Shown: positions 11,223 to 20,591, numbered from the stretch's first letter. The stretch: DNA of 64,000 bases from Bacillota bacterium (GCA_009780325.1 WRAF01000001.1:125048-189047); one strand, 5' to 3'. Made by a program: numbers and translations. The notes: generated by a model not told the origin, from the letters alone.

Positions 11223-11251
11223 TAAAAATACTGGCTGTTCACTAGTTTGGA

Positions 11252-11358
11252 CAGCTTTTTTATAGTATAGGAAAAAACGTCTGAGAGAAATGTATAAGCT
11301 AACTCAAAAAAGCCGAACCTCTAAGTGAGGGAAGTGGGCTAAAGCCCACCTTTTTTAT
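11252..11358 (+). repeat. terminator-associated repeat, copy Y (left arm of inverted pair)
   Basis: Nearly identical in reverse complement to 12953..13064. Contains GTGGGCTAAAGCCCAC plus a T-run. Confidence 0.85.
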
Positions 11359-11535
11359 AATACAAGAAATCACACAATATGCGGTGACTCTTTTTCTTTA
11401 AACACCCAACTTTTAACATTTTTCAACTATTTTTGTCGAACATATTTTTTTGTTTTTTAGAAGTGTTATTATAGATATTCATTAGTTTTACATACTAGAA
11501 AAATTGCTATAAAAATACAAGGAGAGAAAAATATT

Positions 11536-11943
11536 ATGGAAAGCGAATTAAAAAAAAGAGCATTATTAGCTAAACAGAGGATGAAGATGGGTTATTGGCA
11601 AGACATGATGAAAAAGCGTGAGGCTATGATAAATAAAGCAGGCAATAATAGTACTAATTTGCAAATAATTTCTCAAGTCCAGCGGGCAGATATTATAAGA
11701 GATGCCAATATAATTATCAATAATCCTCAAATAAATAGGGATGAAAGTCTTTATAATAAAGTTAAAGCTATTTTGGATGAAGATGAATTTGTGACAAATC
11801 CTATTGGCAAGTTGATTGAAAATGATATGCTGCTAAAGATGGACGATGCTGCAAAGCAAAAATACATTTTAGATTTATCTCAAAAATATAGAGAACTAAA
11901 AGAAAGATATTATAAAGAGAGAATAAAAGAAGGCAGTGTATAA
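11536..11943 (+). CDS. hypothetical protein
   Basis: 135 aa, soluble and charged; RBS AAGGAGAG. No family recognised. Confidence 0.55.
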   Translation: MESELKKRALLAKQRMKMGYWQDMMKKREAMINKAGNNSTNLQIISQVQRADIIRDANIIINNPQINRDESLYNKVKAILDEDEFVTNPIGKLIENDMLLKMDDAAKQKYILDLSQKYRELKERYYKERIKEGSV

Positions 11944-11956
11944 GGCTAGTGTGTAA

Positions 11957-12001
11957 CAAAAAAACAAAGAGTCGTTCTTCTCATTAGACTCTTTGTTTTT
12001 T
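11957..12001. terminator. bidirectional terminator between convergent genes
   Basis: A-run, ACAAAGAGTC...GACTCTTTGT, T-run. Confidence 0.75.
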
Positions 12002-12004
12002 ATC

Positions 12005-12835
12005 CTAACAGATAGGGAACTCTCTGTCTTGATTTTCTTCTGCTTTAATTTTTAATAGCTTTAGATGTTTATTATACTCATCTTTATTTTTATCTAACTC
12101 ATCGTCAAATTCATTATTAGATTCAACACAGACAGAATTTTTATTTTTTACAAATATACTAATCGTGAAAATTGATATAATGCAAAATGCTGCACCAACA
12201 AAAAAGAAAATTTCAGCTAGGGGTGTGCTTGTTATTATTGCGTTAATTCCTATAATAATAAATATAATGCCGATTAATAGCGGTAAAAAACTTAAAATGA
12301 TAGAAATCTTTGATTTAACGTGCGGTATATTGTTTATAATAGAGACAACCTTTTTAGCAGGTTTTTTATTGTTTATGTAATGCTGTTCATCTAATAATTT
12401 TCTATATGGTGTATAATGTTCTTGTATTAATCTTTTCTCATCATCACTAGCAACAATAAGCGCTTTTTCTAAATATTTATGATGACTTGTATTAAGAATA
12501 TCAGAATAATTTTTAGTGTCACACAAAATAAGTCCTAGATAACCACGATAATCACCAGGTTTTTCATCTATGGATTTATGAAAAACTAATTTTGCATTAC
12601 TCCAATCTTTTAGTTTAATATAAATCATGCCTTTTTCAATCAACTCGGCAAATTCAGTCTTTTCACTTTTGAAAATGTTTTTAGTTATGTATTGGGTTGT
12701 ATATGAATTATGATTATGGATGACTTTTTCAGTGATAAAAGCTGTTTGGCAATGATTGCAAATTCCTGTTTCTTTTGTGCTGTCTACTTGAATATTTGCA
12801 CCGCATTGAGTACAGATTGCTGGAATTAAGGACAT
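12005..12835 (-). CDS. zinc-ribbon / TPR-like / C-terminal TM protein
   Basis: N-terminal CTQCG...CNHC zinc ribbon, a TPR-like middle (WSNAKLVFHKSIDEKPGDYRGYLGLILC) and two C-terminal TM helices. RBS AAGGGAGAAAAAA. Confidence 0.6.
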   Translation of the reverse strand: MSLIPAICTQCGANIQVDSTKETGICNHCQTAFITEKVIHNHNSYTTQYITKNIFKSEKTEFAELIEKGMIYIKLKDWSNAKLVFHKSIDEKPGDYRGYLGLILCDTKNYSDILNTSHHKYLEKALIVASDDEKRLIQEHYTPYRKLLDEQHYINNKKPAKKVVSIINNIPHVKSKISIILSFLPLLIGIIFIIIGINAIITSTPLAEIFFFVGAAFCIISIFTISIFVKNKNSVCVESNNEFDDELDKNKDEYNKHLKLLKIKAEENQDREFPIC

Positions 12836-12952
12836 TTTTTTCTCCCTTTTGCTTGTATAGAATAAAAGTATCCTGCGGATACATGCGAGATTCTTTGCAT
12901 AGGTGCCATTTTTATTGATGCAAGCAGATAATTGTTTTTTCTTTAAGCATAT

Positions 12953-13064
12953 AAAAAAGGTGGACTAAAGCCCACTTCCCTCACTTAGAGGTTCGGCTTT
13001 TTTGAATTAGCTTATACATTTCTTTACAGACGACTGAAAGACGAAGTATTTTTCTTATACTATA
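12953..13064 (-). repeat. terminator-associated repeat, copy Z (right arm of inverted pair)
   Basis: Reverse complement of copy Y with a ~16-nt internal insertion. On the minus strand it begins at the U-run of the copy-B RNA terminator. Confidence 0.85.
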
Positions 13065-13202
13065 AAAAATACCATCTCAATTAAGAGATGGCATCCAAGC
13101 GGTTTTTCTCCTAATTGCTACGACACAACACTCAAAAACAGAGGGGAGAATTTGCCGAATGGCAGAATTCACCTTTGTTTTTGATATATGTGTTATGTCG
13201 CA
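13062..13202 (-). ncRNA. unclassified structured leader/sRNA, copy B
   Basis: Minus strand: P1 CGACAUAACAC/GUGUUGUGUCG, P2 CAAAAACAAAGG/CCUCUGUUUUUG, cap GCC-AUUC-GGC, CAAUUAGGAGA vs UCUCUUAAUUG, and terminator CCAUCUC-UUAAUU-GAGAUGG plus a U-run. Confidence 0.6.
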
Positions 13203-13207
13203 TAGTT

Positions 13208-13236
13208 AGGATAGCACATTGCCTATAATAAAGCAA
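13208..13236 (-). promoter_or_regulatory. extended -10 promoter of RNA copy B
   Basis: Minus strand TTGCTT-17-TATCCT preceded by TGC (TGn extended -10). The same arrangement is found at copy A. Confidence 0.5.
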
Positions 13237-13272
13237 GCAATTTTAGGCAATAAAAATTATGCGGCTAGTTAG

Positions 13273-13301
13273 TTGACTTGCTAAATTGAAAGTGCTACAA
13301 T
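13273..13301 (+). promoter_or_regulatory. pcrA promoter with leaderless geometry
   Basis: TTGACT-17-TACAAT, then 7 nt to the ATG at 13309. No RBS. Confidence 0.55.
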
Positions 13302-13308
13302 CTTTTTT

Positions 13309-15531
13309 ATGAGTCAAATTGATTTATCATTATTAAATAAAGAGCAGCTAGAGCCTGTTATGCAAACTGAAGGGGCAGTGCTTGTGACAGCAGGGGCTGG
13401 CAGTGGAAAAACTAGGCTGCTTACATATAGAATAGCACACATTGTGCAAAATTTAAATATTCCTCCGTGGAATATTTTAGCGATTACTTTTACTAATAAG
13501 GCGGCTAGAGAAATGAAAGAAAGATTGTCTCACATGCTGTATAATCATGAACAGCTCCATGTTTCCACATTTCATTCTTTATGTGTTACAATTTTAAGAA
13601 AATATATAGAATTAACGGGGGAGTATACCAAAAGTTTTTCTATATATGATGAGAGTGAGAGAAAAAAAGTAATTAAATCAGTGGCAGCTGAAATTTGTTC
13701 GGACAAAAAAGATAATCTTACAGAGCAAATAGATGCGGCGTTGTCAACGATTAAAAATGAGGGAATAAGTTTAGATGATTATCGGGACATACATAAGTTT
13801 GAGTATCATATAGATGATATTGTGCTGGCAGTAAGAAAATATAATGAGATTTTAAAAAAATCAAATGCTTTGGATTTTGACGATTTATTAAATTTTGCAT
13901 TTGATATTTTGGTTCAGTATCAAGAGGCTAGAGAGTTTTATCAAAAGAGATTTAAGTACATACATGTTGATGAGTTTCAAGATACTAATATAATTCAATA
14001 TAAAATTGTCAAAATTTTGGCAGGCAGGCATAAAAATATTTTAGTGGTGGGGGATGAGGATCAAAGTATTTATGGGTGGCGAGGGGCTAATATCGGAAAT
14101 ATAAGAGATTTTATAAGTGACTTTGATTGCAAAGTTTATAAACTAGAACAAAACTATAGATCTACAAAAAGCATATTGAATGCGGCAAATGCAGTGATAA
14201 AAAATAATGAGAGCAGGATAAAAAAGAATTTATGGTCGGACGGAGAAGAAGGGCAAGAGCCTCAAATTGTTTCAAACAATAGTGATTCTGATGAAGCAGA
14301 GTTTTTAGCAAGGACGATTAAGGGACTAAATAATAAAGGCATGCTGTTAAATAATATTGCAGTGCTTATGAGAAATAATTTCTTATCAAGAGCACCAGAG
14401 CAGAAGTTTATGTTTTATGGGATTCCGTATAAAATGTATGGAGGCTTTAGGTTTTATGAGCGGCGAGAAATAAAAGATGCCTTGGCTTATTTAAAAATCT
14501 TAGCTAATCCTTTTGATACAGAATCGATTTCTAGAGTGCTGTCTTTTCCTAAAAAGGGGATTGGTGAGGCAAGTATTGCTAAATTAATAGACAGTGCTTT
14601 TAGGCAAGGAGTCTCTCCTGTAGATATTATATTGGGTTTAATAAATGAAAACTCTAGCCAAACATATGATTTACCTAATTCTCTAATAAAAAAATTGCAG
14701 CCGTTTGCCAAAAAAATAGAATTGCTGGTTGACTGTAAAGAGATGTCTATAAGTGCATTGATTAGACTAGTATATAAAACATTTGAATTTAATGAAGCAT
14801 TGAGTGCTGAAACTGAAGAAAATGAGTCTAGAAAAGAAAATTTAAAAGAACTATATAATTCCATATTGCAAATTGAAAAAAATAATCCTGCTTTAAGTTT
14901 AGATGAGTATGTGCAACAGATAATGCTGTATAGTGATTTGGATGCTGACAAGACCAGTGATAGTGTAACCATTGCTACAATTCATAGTGCTAAAGGATTA
15001 GAGTTTGATGCAGTTTTTATAATCGGATTAGAAGAAGGAATACTGCCTTCTTCTAGAAGTATAGATGATGAAAGTGCGGTTGAAGAGGAAAGGCGATTGA
15101 TGTATGTTGCGATTACTAGAGCAAGAAAAAGGCTTTTTCTATCCTATGTAAAATCAAGATTTATGTATGGAAAATATAATAGTGCTCCGATAAGTAGATT
15201 TTTAAAAGAGACAGGTATCTATTTTCACGAGTTCTCTGTGCAAAAAACTATGGCCAAACATAGTGAATACGCAGATTTCTCCAGCAGAATACGGCAAAAT
15301 TCTGTTTCAAGTGCTAATAGCAATTATAAATTCAATAAAATTGAGAATTTAATAAAGCATAGTATTGATATAAAATTATTAAAAGCAGGGTCAAAAGTGA
15401 TGCATAAAAGATTAGGAGAAGGCAAAATTATTAGTATTAATTATTCTACAAATGAAGCTGATGTAGAGTTTAATAATATGGGTAAGGTTACATTATCGAT
15501 TAGTTTGGCTCCAATAACTATAATTGAGTAG
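13309..15531 (+). CDS. pcrA: ATP-dependent DNA helicase PcrA (UvrD family)
   Basis: 740 aa. Motifs AGAGSGKT, HVDEFQDTN, VGDEDQSIYGWRGA, QNYRS, TIHSAKGLEF and YVAITRAR. Followed by ligA. Confidence 0.92.
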   Translation: MSQIDLSLLNKEQLEPVMQTEGAVLVTAGAGSGKTRLLTYRIAHIVQNLNIPPWNILAITFTNKAAREMKERLSHMLYNHEQLHVSTFHSLCVTILRKYIELTGEYTKSFSIYDESERKKVIKSVAAEICSDKKDNLTEQIDAALSTIKNEGISLDDYRDIHKFEYHIDDIVLAVRKYNEILKKSNALDFDDLLNFAFDILVQYQEAREFYQKRFKYIHVDEFQDTNIIQYKIVKILAGRHKNILVVGDEDQSIYGWRGANIGNIRDFISDFDCKVYKLEQNYRSTKSILNAANAVIKNNESRIKKNLWSDGEEGQEPQIVSNNSDSDEAEFLARTIKGLNNKGMLLNNIAVLMRNNFLSRAPEQKFMFYGIPYKMYGGFRFYERREIKDALAYLKILANPFDTESISRVLSFPKKGIGEASIAKLIDSAFRQGVSPVDIILGLINENSSQTYDLPNSLIKKLQPFAKKIELLVDCKEMSISALIRLVYKTFEFNEALSAETEENESRKENLKELYNSILQIEKNNPALSLDEYVQQIMLYSDLDADKTSDSVTIATIHSAKGLEFDAVFIIGLEEGILPSSRSIDDESAVEEERRLMYVAITRARKRLFLSYVKSRFMYGKYNSAPISRFLKETGIYFHEFSVQKTMAKHSEYADFSSRIRQNSVSSANSNYKFNKIENLIKHSIDIKLLKAGSKVMHKRLGEGKIISINYSTNEADVEFNNMGKVTLSISLAPITIIE

Positions 15532-15539
15532 GTGAGATT

Positions 15540-17489
15540 ATGGATAAAAATATAAGAATGCAGCAATTAGTTGCTGCATTAAATAAATATGCTTATGAAT
15601 ATTATGTCTTGGATAATCCGTCGGTATCAGACCAATATTATGATAAACTTTATGATGAACTTGTATCTTTAGAAAAGGATACAGGGGTTATTTTTGATGA
15701 TTCACCAACTAAAAGAGTGGGCGGAGATGTGTTGGACGGATTTAAGCAGCATGCACATAAGGCAAGATTATATTCTTTAGATAAATGTAAATCGGATGGA
15801 GAATTTTTTGATTGGATAGGAAGGGTGAAAAAATTGACAGACTTAGAAGAGTTTGAGTTATCTTTAGAGTATAAGCTTGACGGTGTGACAATTGTGCTGA
15901 CATATGAAAACGGCAATTTAATTAAAGCGGCAACAAGAGGTGATGGTGTGATTGGTGAGGATGTTACAGTGCAGGTGCTGACGGTTAAGTCTGTGCCTTT
16001 ATCTATTGAATATAAAGGTTTCGTGGAAATTCAAGGCGAGGGAATTATGCGATTATCTGCTTTTGAAAAATATAATGCAACGGCGGATATTCCGTTAAAA
16101 AATCCTAGAAATGGTGCGGCAGGAGGATTTAGAAATTTAGATCCTAAAATAACTGCAAAAAGAAATTTAGATATTGTTTTTTATAATATTAATTATATTG
16201 AAATTGATTTAAAAAATCAGAAAGGAATGTGGGAATTTTTAAATCGAAATAAGTTTAAAACTTTAGGCTTATTTTTAAACCAAAAAACTAGTGCAATCAT
16301 AGAGAATGTGCAGAATATTGATAGAAATAAATTAGATTTTTTGATTGATGGAATGGTTATTAAAGTGAGTGATTTAAGTTTAAGAGATAAATTGGGGTAT
16401 ACGGATAAGTTTCCTAGATGGGCAATAGCATATAAGTTTGAAGCGGAGGAGGCAGATACAGTTTTAGAGGAAGTAGTTTGGAATGTGGGACGGACAGGAA
16501 AATTGACACCATTGGCTTTTTTAACTCCGATTGAACTAGGGGGGGTAACAGTTAAAAGAGCTACTTTAAATAATTATGGTGATATTTTAAGAAAGAAGGT
16601 GCGTATTGGGTCAAGAGTTTTTATAAGAAGAAGCAATGATGTTATCCCTGAAATTTTGGGAATAGTAGATGAAAGTGTAGATATTCAGACACAAGAAATT
16701 ATTAAGCCAGCAATTTGTCCGGCATGTGATACTTCATTATTAGAAAAAGGTGCGCATATCTTTTGTCCAAACACAAAAAATTGTCCGCCTCAAATACAAT
16801 CCATGTTAGAGCATTTTGTATCTAAAGATTGTATGGATATAGAGGGGATAAGCAGCTCTGGCATTCAATCCTTAAATGAAATTTTAAAAATAAATTCTCC
16901 GATTCAGCTATATTTTTTAACGGAAGATGATATTTCAAAATTGGATGGTTTTAAAGATAAAAAAATAAAGAATTTACTTAAAAGCATTGAAACTAGCAAA
17001 AACACTAGTCTGGACAGATTTATTAATGCTTTGGGCATCCCGAATGTAGGTAAAAAACTTGCTAGAGATTTAGCAAAAAAATACTCTTCTATAGATAATT
17101 TGATAAAAGCCGACTTAGAAGAATTAAATGCTACGCAAGATATAGGTGAAATTACTGCAAGTGGAATCATTGAATATTTTAATGAAAACAAAAATTTGAT
17201 TGATGAATTCAAGAAGATAGGAATCAATCCTATAGATAACTCAGCATCTAAAACAGGCATTTTTGCCAATAGAAATATTGTCATAACAGGTGTTTTGCAC
17301 GAATTTTCCAGGCAACAGGCTTTTAAATTAATTGAGGACAATGGCGGAAATATTCAGTCCGCAATCTCAAAAACTACAGACATTTTAATCGCTGGAGAAA
17401 AAGCAGGGTCTAAATTAAAAAAGGCAAAGGAATTAGACATTAGGATAATTGATGAACAGGAGTTTATAAATTTACTGAAAGGGGATTAA
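15540..17489 (+). CDS. ligA: NAD-dependent DNA ligase LigA
   Basis: 649 aa with the adenylation motif EYKLDG, a Zn finger CPACDTSL...CPN..CP, and HhH and C-terminal BRCT-like regions. Confidence 0.95.
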   Translation: MDKNIRMQQLVAALNKYAYEYYVLDNPSVSDQYYDKLYDELVSLEKDTGVIFDDSPTKRVGGDVLDGFKQHAHKARLYSLDKCKSDGEFFDWIGRVKKLTDLEEFELSLEYKLDGVTIVLTYENGNLIKAATRGDGVIGEDVTVQVLTVKSVPLSIEYKGFVEIQGEGIMRLSAFEKYNATADIPLKNPRNGAAGGFRNLDPKITAKRNLDIVFYNINYIEIDLKNQKGMWEFLNRNKFKTLGLFLNQKTSAIIENVQNIDRNKLDFLIDGMVIKVSDLSLRDKLGYTDKFPRWAIAYKFEAEEADTVLEEVVWNVGRTGKLTPLAFLTPIELGGVTVKRATLNNYGDILRKKVRIGSRVFIRRSNDVIPEILGIVDESVDIQTQEIIKPAICPACDTSLLEKGAHIFCPNTKNCPPQIQSMLEHFVSKDCMDIEGISSSGIQSLNEILKINSPIQLYFLTEDDISKLDGFKDKKIKNLLKSIETSKNTSLDRFINALGIPNVGKKLARDLAKKYSSIDNLIKADLEELNATQDIGEITASGIIEYFNENKNLIDEFKKIGINPIDNSASKTGIFANRNIVITGVLHEFSRQQAFKLIEDNGGNIQSAISKTTDILIAGEKAGSKLKKAKELDIRIIDEQEFINLLKGD

Positions 17490-17497
17490 TTTTACAA

Positions 17498-18049
17498 ATG
17501 AAAACTATAGAAATTGAAATAGACGGCATACTTTATATAAAATCAGGTAAATACTGGTATGCTGAGGATGCTATTGGGATAGTTCCGCCTGATTCTATCA
17601 TGAAAAAAATTTTGAAAAAAGAATTGGAAAGCCATGATTTAAAATCAATGACAATTTTTGAGTTGCAAGAATTTATTAAAATCACTAGAGAAATAGAGCA
17701 TTATGATTTTTGTTTGGAAGCAGTAGAACAGCTATTGGATTTAGTGACTGAAAAAAATGATACTATTTTATTAAGAAACTGTATGAGCATTAAAGTATCG
17801 TGTTTAAGAAAGCTAAAGAGATCTAGTGAAGCTATAGAATTTTGCAAGGCAATGAAAGAACTTTATTCTGATGACATTAGAAATGTGAACACTTTAACAT
17901 CATTAGCAGCTGCGTATTGTGACATTGAGGATTGGGATACTGCAAAAAAAGTGTGTGATCATGCATACAAAAAGCAGGGTGGTAGTGTTGGCTATACAAA
18001 TGAGTTGTCAATGGTTTATAAAAGGATTGCAGCAAAATCTGATAGTTGA
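17498..18049 (+). CDS. hypothetical protein, TPR-like C-terminal half
   Basis: 183 aa with repeated helical pairs (AIEFCKAMKELY...LAAAYCDIEDWDTAKKVCDHAY). Confidence 0.45.
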   Translation: MKTIEIEIDGILYIKSGKYWYAEDAIGIVPPDSIMKKILKKELESHDLKSMTIFELQEFIKITREIEHYDFCLEAVEQLLDLVTEKNDTILLRNCMSIKVSCLRKLKRSSEAIEFCKAMKELYSDDIRNVNTLTSLAAAYCDIEDWDTAKKVCDHAYKKQGGSVGYTNELSMVYKRIAAKSDS

Positions 18050-18145
18050 ATTTATAATAATACATACTATTATTTTTTATTGACAGTTAAGTTATACCTT
18101 GATAGTGCGTGGCACTTAATTTTTCCCAAAAAGGTATAAAATCGC

Positions 18146-18174
18146 TTGAAAAAATTTTCTTATCATGCTATAAT
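18146..18174 (+). promoter_or_regulatory. gmk promoter with leaderless geometry
   Basis: TTGAAA-17-TATAAT, then 6 nt to the ATG at 18181. Confidence 0.55.
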
Positions 18175-18180
18175 ATCTAT

Positions 18181-18798
18181 ATGATTAACAAAAGTGCAAA
18201 TGGATTAATGTTTGTAATCAGCGGACCTAGCGGTGTTGGCAAGGGTACGATTTATAATATTGTACTAGAGAAAATGCCGTTTATTAAAAGGTCTATTTCT
18301 GTTACCACTAGGCAGCCAAGGGTTGGTGAAGCAGAGGGTATAAATTATTATTTTAAAACGATAGAAGAATATCAGCAAATGATTGCAAACGGTGATTTTT
18401 TAGAAACAGCGTCAGTTTTCCAAAATTATTATGGCACACCAAAGGCTCCTATACTAACAATGCTTGAGCATGGTGATGATGTAATGTTTGAAATTGATGT
18501 AGAGGGGGCAAAGCAAATTAAGACAAAATATCCTGCATGCATTCAGATTTTTATAATGACGCCTACATTAAAAATTTTAGAAGATAGATTGAGAGGAAGA
18601 GGCACAGAATCTAAGGAGAGTCTAAAGATAAGATTAAATGGAGCAAGGGGTGAGATTGAGCAGTTTAAACAATTTGATTACTTAGTTTTTAATGATAATT
18701 TGGACGAGGCGGTAGAGTCGGTGATGAGTATTATAAAAGCAGAGAAGAGTAGGATGATGATGCATAAAAACACCATATATAAAATTTTGAATGATTAG
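18181..18798 (+). CDS. gmk: guanylate kinase
   Basis: The ORF opens at 18109, but homology starts at MINKSANGLMFVISGPSGVGKGT (P-loop). Also TTRQPRVGE. Confidence 0.9.
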   Translation: MINKSANGLMFVISGPSGVGKGTIYNIVLEKMPFIKRSISVTTRQPRVGEAEGINYYFKTIEEYQQMIANGDFLETASVFQNYYGTPKAPILTMLEHGDDVMFEIDVEGAKQIKTKYPACIQIFIMTPTLKILEDRLRGRGTESKESLKIRLNGARGEIEQFKQFDYLVFNDNLDEAVESVMSIIKAEKSRMMMHKNTIYKILND

Positions 18799-18813
18799 TC
18801 GTGTGGTGTCAAG

Positions 18814-19056
18814 ATGCAAAAGAAACATTCAAAGCATAAAGTTAATGAGATAAATTTATTAGCTGATCATGCTAAAAAACTTAATGCTGAACTAGAAATA
18901 AAATATATAAAATCACAATTTTTGCAGTATCGAAATTTAGTTGCGGAAGACTTGGAAAAATTTAAAATTGACAAAGAATTGCAGGAGAAAGCATTACATA
19001 AGGTCCAACTAATGATAAACAAATTGAATGAAATTAAAATCAAGCAGTACGTCTAA
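18814..19056 (+). CDS. hypothetical coiled-coil protein
   Basis: 80 aa, Lys/Glu-rich, sited between gmk and rpoZ. No family recognised. Confidence 0.35.
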   Translation: MQKKHSKHKVNEINLLADHAKKLNAELEIKYIKSQFLQYRNLVAEDLEKFKIDKELQEKALHKVQLMINKLNEIKIKQYV

Positions 19057-19178
19057 GAAAACTATAATCTAAATTGCAAAATCTTCTTGAAAAAATCAAG
19101 AAGATTTTGTTTAATGATTGAAAAACACTTGAAAAAAAATTATTATTATGCTAAAATGGCTGAATAGGAGAAAGTAAA

Positions 19179-19376
19179 ATGTTATTAGAACCTGCAATTG
19201 ATAAATTGGTGGATAAAGTGGATTGTAAGTATGCCTTAGTGTGCTTAATTACTAAGCGTGCAAGATTGTTGCTTGACAAGAAAAATGATTTATTGACTGA
19301 ACAAGAAAAATCGGCGGTGACCATGGCTGCTATTGAATTACAAAATGACACGATAAGAGTCGCTTTTGAGGACTAA
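19179..19376 (+). CDS. rpoZ: DNA-directed RNA polymerase subunit omega
   Basis: 65 aa. PAIDKLVDKVDCKYALVCLITKRARLL is typical of RpoZ, and the gmk-rpoZ-coaBC synteny fits. Confidence 0.8.
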   Translation: MLLEPAIDKLVDKVDCKYALVCLITKRARLLLDKKNDLLTEQEKSAVTMAAIELQNDTIRVAFED

Positions 19377-19382
19377 ATAATA

Positions 19383-20570
19383 TTGAATTTGACTGGCAAA
19401 ACTATAGTTGTTGGTGTCACAGGCGGAATAGCGGCTTATAAGTCATGCGAGATTGTTTCTGCTTTAAAAAAATTAGGCGCAAGCGTGCATGTAATAATGA
19501 CTAAGAGTGCGACTGAATTTGTGACTCCGCTCACTTTTGAAACCCTGTCTAATAATAGGGTTGTTTGTGATATGTTTGACGGAAATAGGGAATGGAATGT
19601 TGAGCATATTAGCTTAGCTAAGGCGGCGGATTTATTTTTGATTGCGCCTGCAACGGCGAATATTATTGCTAAAGTGGCAAATGGTATAGCTGATGATTTT
19701 TTGTCGACTACGATTATGGCGACAGAATGTGATATTGTGCTTGCACCTGCGATGAATACAGCGATGTTAAATAATGAGGCATACAAAAATAACGAAAGGA
19801 TATTAAGAGATAGGGGCTATCATTTTATTGAGAGTGAGAGTGGTGAGCTGGCATGTGGAGATAGGGGGAAAGGCAGGCTTGCGAGTGTGCCAACTATAGT
19901 TGGCACAGTATTTTCTTTATTGAAATCTGTGCAAGATTATGTTGGGAAGAGTGTGCTAGTGACGGCGGGGGCGACTAAAGAGGCGATTGATCCTGTTAGA
20001 TTTTTGTCCAATAAGTCAAGTGGATTGATGGGAATTGAGATTGCAATAGATGCTTTTGATAGAGGGGCTGAAACTACACTAGTAATAGGGAATATTAAAG
20101 CAGAGCTAGAGAAAAAAATTCCTAACGGAATTAATTTAATAAAGACTACAACTACTGATGAAATGCACAAGGCGATAGTATCTGAAAAAAAACAGGACTA
20201 CTACATTTTTGCAGCTGCTCCTTGTGATTATAAAATTGATTATTCAAAAAATAAAATTAAAGACAAAGAGCTATCTTTAAAATTAATTAAAAATATTGAT
20301 ATAGCATACGAGATAGGAAAAGCAAAAAACAAAGCAAAAACAATAATCTTTGCAGCTGAAAGTGAAAACTTAATCAAAAATGCTAAGGATAAGCTAATAA
20401 TAAAAAATGCCGATATGGTAGTCGCAAATGATATCACCAAAGACGGTGCAGGTTTTGATGTGGATACTAATATAGCAACCATCATCACTAAAGATAAGCA
20501 AATCTCAACAAGCAAGATAGCCAAAAAAGAATTAGCAAAAATTATATTAACCCATGCGCAAACATTATGA
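19383..20570 (+). CDS. coaBC: bifunctional phosphopantothenoylcysteine decarboxylase/synthetase CoaBC
   Basis: 395 aa with an N-terminal flavoprotein region (GKTIVVGVTGGIAAYK, PAMNTAM) and a C-terminal CoaB region (LVTAGATKEAIDPVRFLSNKSSG). Confidence 0.9.
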   Translation: MNLTGKTIVVGVTGGIAAYKSCEIVSALKKLGASVHVIMTKSATEFVTPLTFETLSNNRVVCDMFDGNREWNVEHISLAKAADLFLIAPATANIIAKVANGIADDFLSTTIMATECDIVLAPAMNTAMLNNEAYKNNERILRDRGYHFIESESGELACGDRGKGRLASVPTIVGTVFSLLKSVQDYVGKSVLVTAGATKEAIDPVRFLSNKSSGLMGIEIAIDAFDRGAETTLVIGNIKAELEKKIPNGINLIKTTTTDEMHKAIVSEKKQDYYIFAAAPCDYKIDYSKNKIKDKELSLKLIKNIDIAYEIGKAKNKAKTIIFAAESENLIKNAKDKLIIKNADMVVANDITKDGAGFDVDTNIATIITKDKQISTSKIAKKELAKIILTHAQTL

Positions 20571-20591
20571 TTGCATAAGATTTAAATGAAA

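Noticed and set aside
11252-13064. Calling the inverted pair Y/Z a bona fide invertible promoter switch or shufflon.
   Set aside because: No site-specific recombinase is encoded in the window and the arms contain terminators rather than promoters. Inversion remains only a testable possibility, not a call.
18109-18180. GTG start at 18109 for gmk (24 extra residues), and likewise the 60716 start for the ATP-grasp gene.
   Set aside because: In both cases the extension covers a consensus -35/-10 promoter, and homology begins at the downstream ATG.
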